Made by a program: the position numbers and the translations under genes. The notes beneath the pieces were generated by a model, which saw only the letters and a program-made list of their open reading frames with translations, was not told the DNA's origin and did not search any database. A DNA stretch of 63,907 nt, the filler included, from Aduncisulcus paluster (lineage: Eukaryota), in assembly GCA_024181965.1 (NCBI GenBank). It is 8 parts of 8 records of this genome, joined end to end, with 100 filler letters (N's around TTAATTAATTAA, not from the genome) between each part and the next. Parts side by side here need not be neighbours in the genome. Positions count along the whole stretch, not along the records: positions 60,269 to 63,907 come from BQXS01011141.1; 7 more parts are not named here. One strand, given 5' to 3'. Positions 63,201 through 63,907 of the stretch are shown here, piece by piece (position 1 is the first letter of the stretch; each line of letters opens with the position of its first letter).

Positions 63201-63907
63201 GGTGTCAGAAGGACCCATGATGGATATGACATCGATCTGGGCCTCACACACAGCACAGCTCCCAAGGTCTGCAGATGTTGAGGCAGAAACACACATGTTG
63301 GTGTCCTTGTTCAGATAGTAACCATTCCAGCACTCAACCTGATAGGTCGAATCACTTCTCGGACGGCAAGTCTTGTGTCCAGCGAAGGAAGCAGTGCTAG
63401 AACATTGGCAGACCTGGGAGGAAGACGTGACAACCGAGAGGTTCGTAAAGTACGACTTCAGAGTGGACACGACATTGTTGATGTCACAAATATCATTGTC
63501 AGCCACGCTCAGAGAGGTCAGACCTGAGCTTGGGAAGATTGCATCAGTGATCAGCACAGAAATGTCGGAGATGGAATTGTCATCAAGTGTGAGAGAAGTC
63601 AACGTGTCCACAGGGAACGCATCGGGAACAGAAAGGATCGATACATCAGACAAAGATCCAGCCAAGGAAAGAGTCGTCAAGTCCAAGAGGAATGCGAAGG
63701 ACACAGATGCATCAACAGATACACCATCCATGTACAGCTCGACCAAGGAGGATGGCAACTTGCTGACATCGGTGATGGACGTACATCCACTGATGTCAAG
63801 CGATTGCAGAGACGATGGGAACACGTCAGAGGACGAGATCGTGAAGGACGTGTTGTCAACAACGGAAAGGGTATCCAACAACGTGAAAGAGCTGAAGTCA
63901 ACATCTC
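60269..63907 (-). CDS. giant LRR plus EGF-like (tenascin-type) cysteine-rich surface protein, internal fragment
   Basis: LRRs (LTSLTLDDNSISDISVL) alternate with CxCxxxWYGDDCxxxCP EGF-like arrays; the frame is open across the whole segment. Confidence 0.9.
60269..63907 (-). repeat. 3111-nt (1037-aa) repeat period
   Basis: 60269-60796 appears identical to 63380-63907. Confidence 0.9.

Noticed and set aside
62360-63292. 310-aa hydrophobic alternative-frame ORF
   Set aside because: Frame-shifted reading of Cys/Asp codons of the EGF array.
1-63907. CRISPR arrays, rRNA, tRNA
   Set aside because: No repeat-spacer array, rRNA motif or cloverleaf seen by eye; tRNAscan/Infernal not run.

Overview
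This is AT-rich eukaryotic DNA, not one locus. It is eight unrelated contigs/scaffolds joined by an artificial 100-nt spacer (44 N + TTAATTAATTAA + 44 N) at 5049, 10264, 21155, 39907, 45851, 50704 and 60169, with two further 20-N internal gaps. The genes are compact, appear intronless and use the standard code. Gene content (PPDK, glycogen branching enzyme, LRR/EGF surface protein, lineage-specific families) points to an anaerobic flagellate, most likely a free-living fornicate metamonad such as Aduncisulcus paluster (inference from recalled family motifs). Recognisable genes: beta-tubulin, ALIX/Bro1, BiP, GBE1, a BRCA2-like protein with BRC repeats, PARG, PPDK, DPAGT1/ALG7, CCDC13, a TIS11/ZFP36-type zinc finger, a Tul1-like RING ligase, CCDC25, an ankyrin-DHHC palmitoyltransferase, USP5/Ubp14 and a giant LRR-EGF protein. 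One contig is a transposon graveyard (CMC/Plavaka-like, Harbinger-like, Ty3/Gypsy), and the next begins with the 3' end of an RLE-type non-LTR element. Best leads: (1) a Pex22-like peroxin domain with no membrane anchor in a lineage long thought to lack peroxisomes; (2) an apparently over-represented CTAWAAATAG (MEF2/MADS-type) motif, 20 copies counted by eye; (3) a dense nested palindrome cluster upstream of TIS11; (4) a beta-tubulin altered at all three benzimidazole-resistance positions; (5) BRCA2 with an exact BRC-array duplication. Several exact duplications are probably assembly artefacts.
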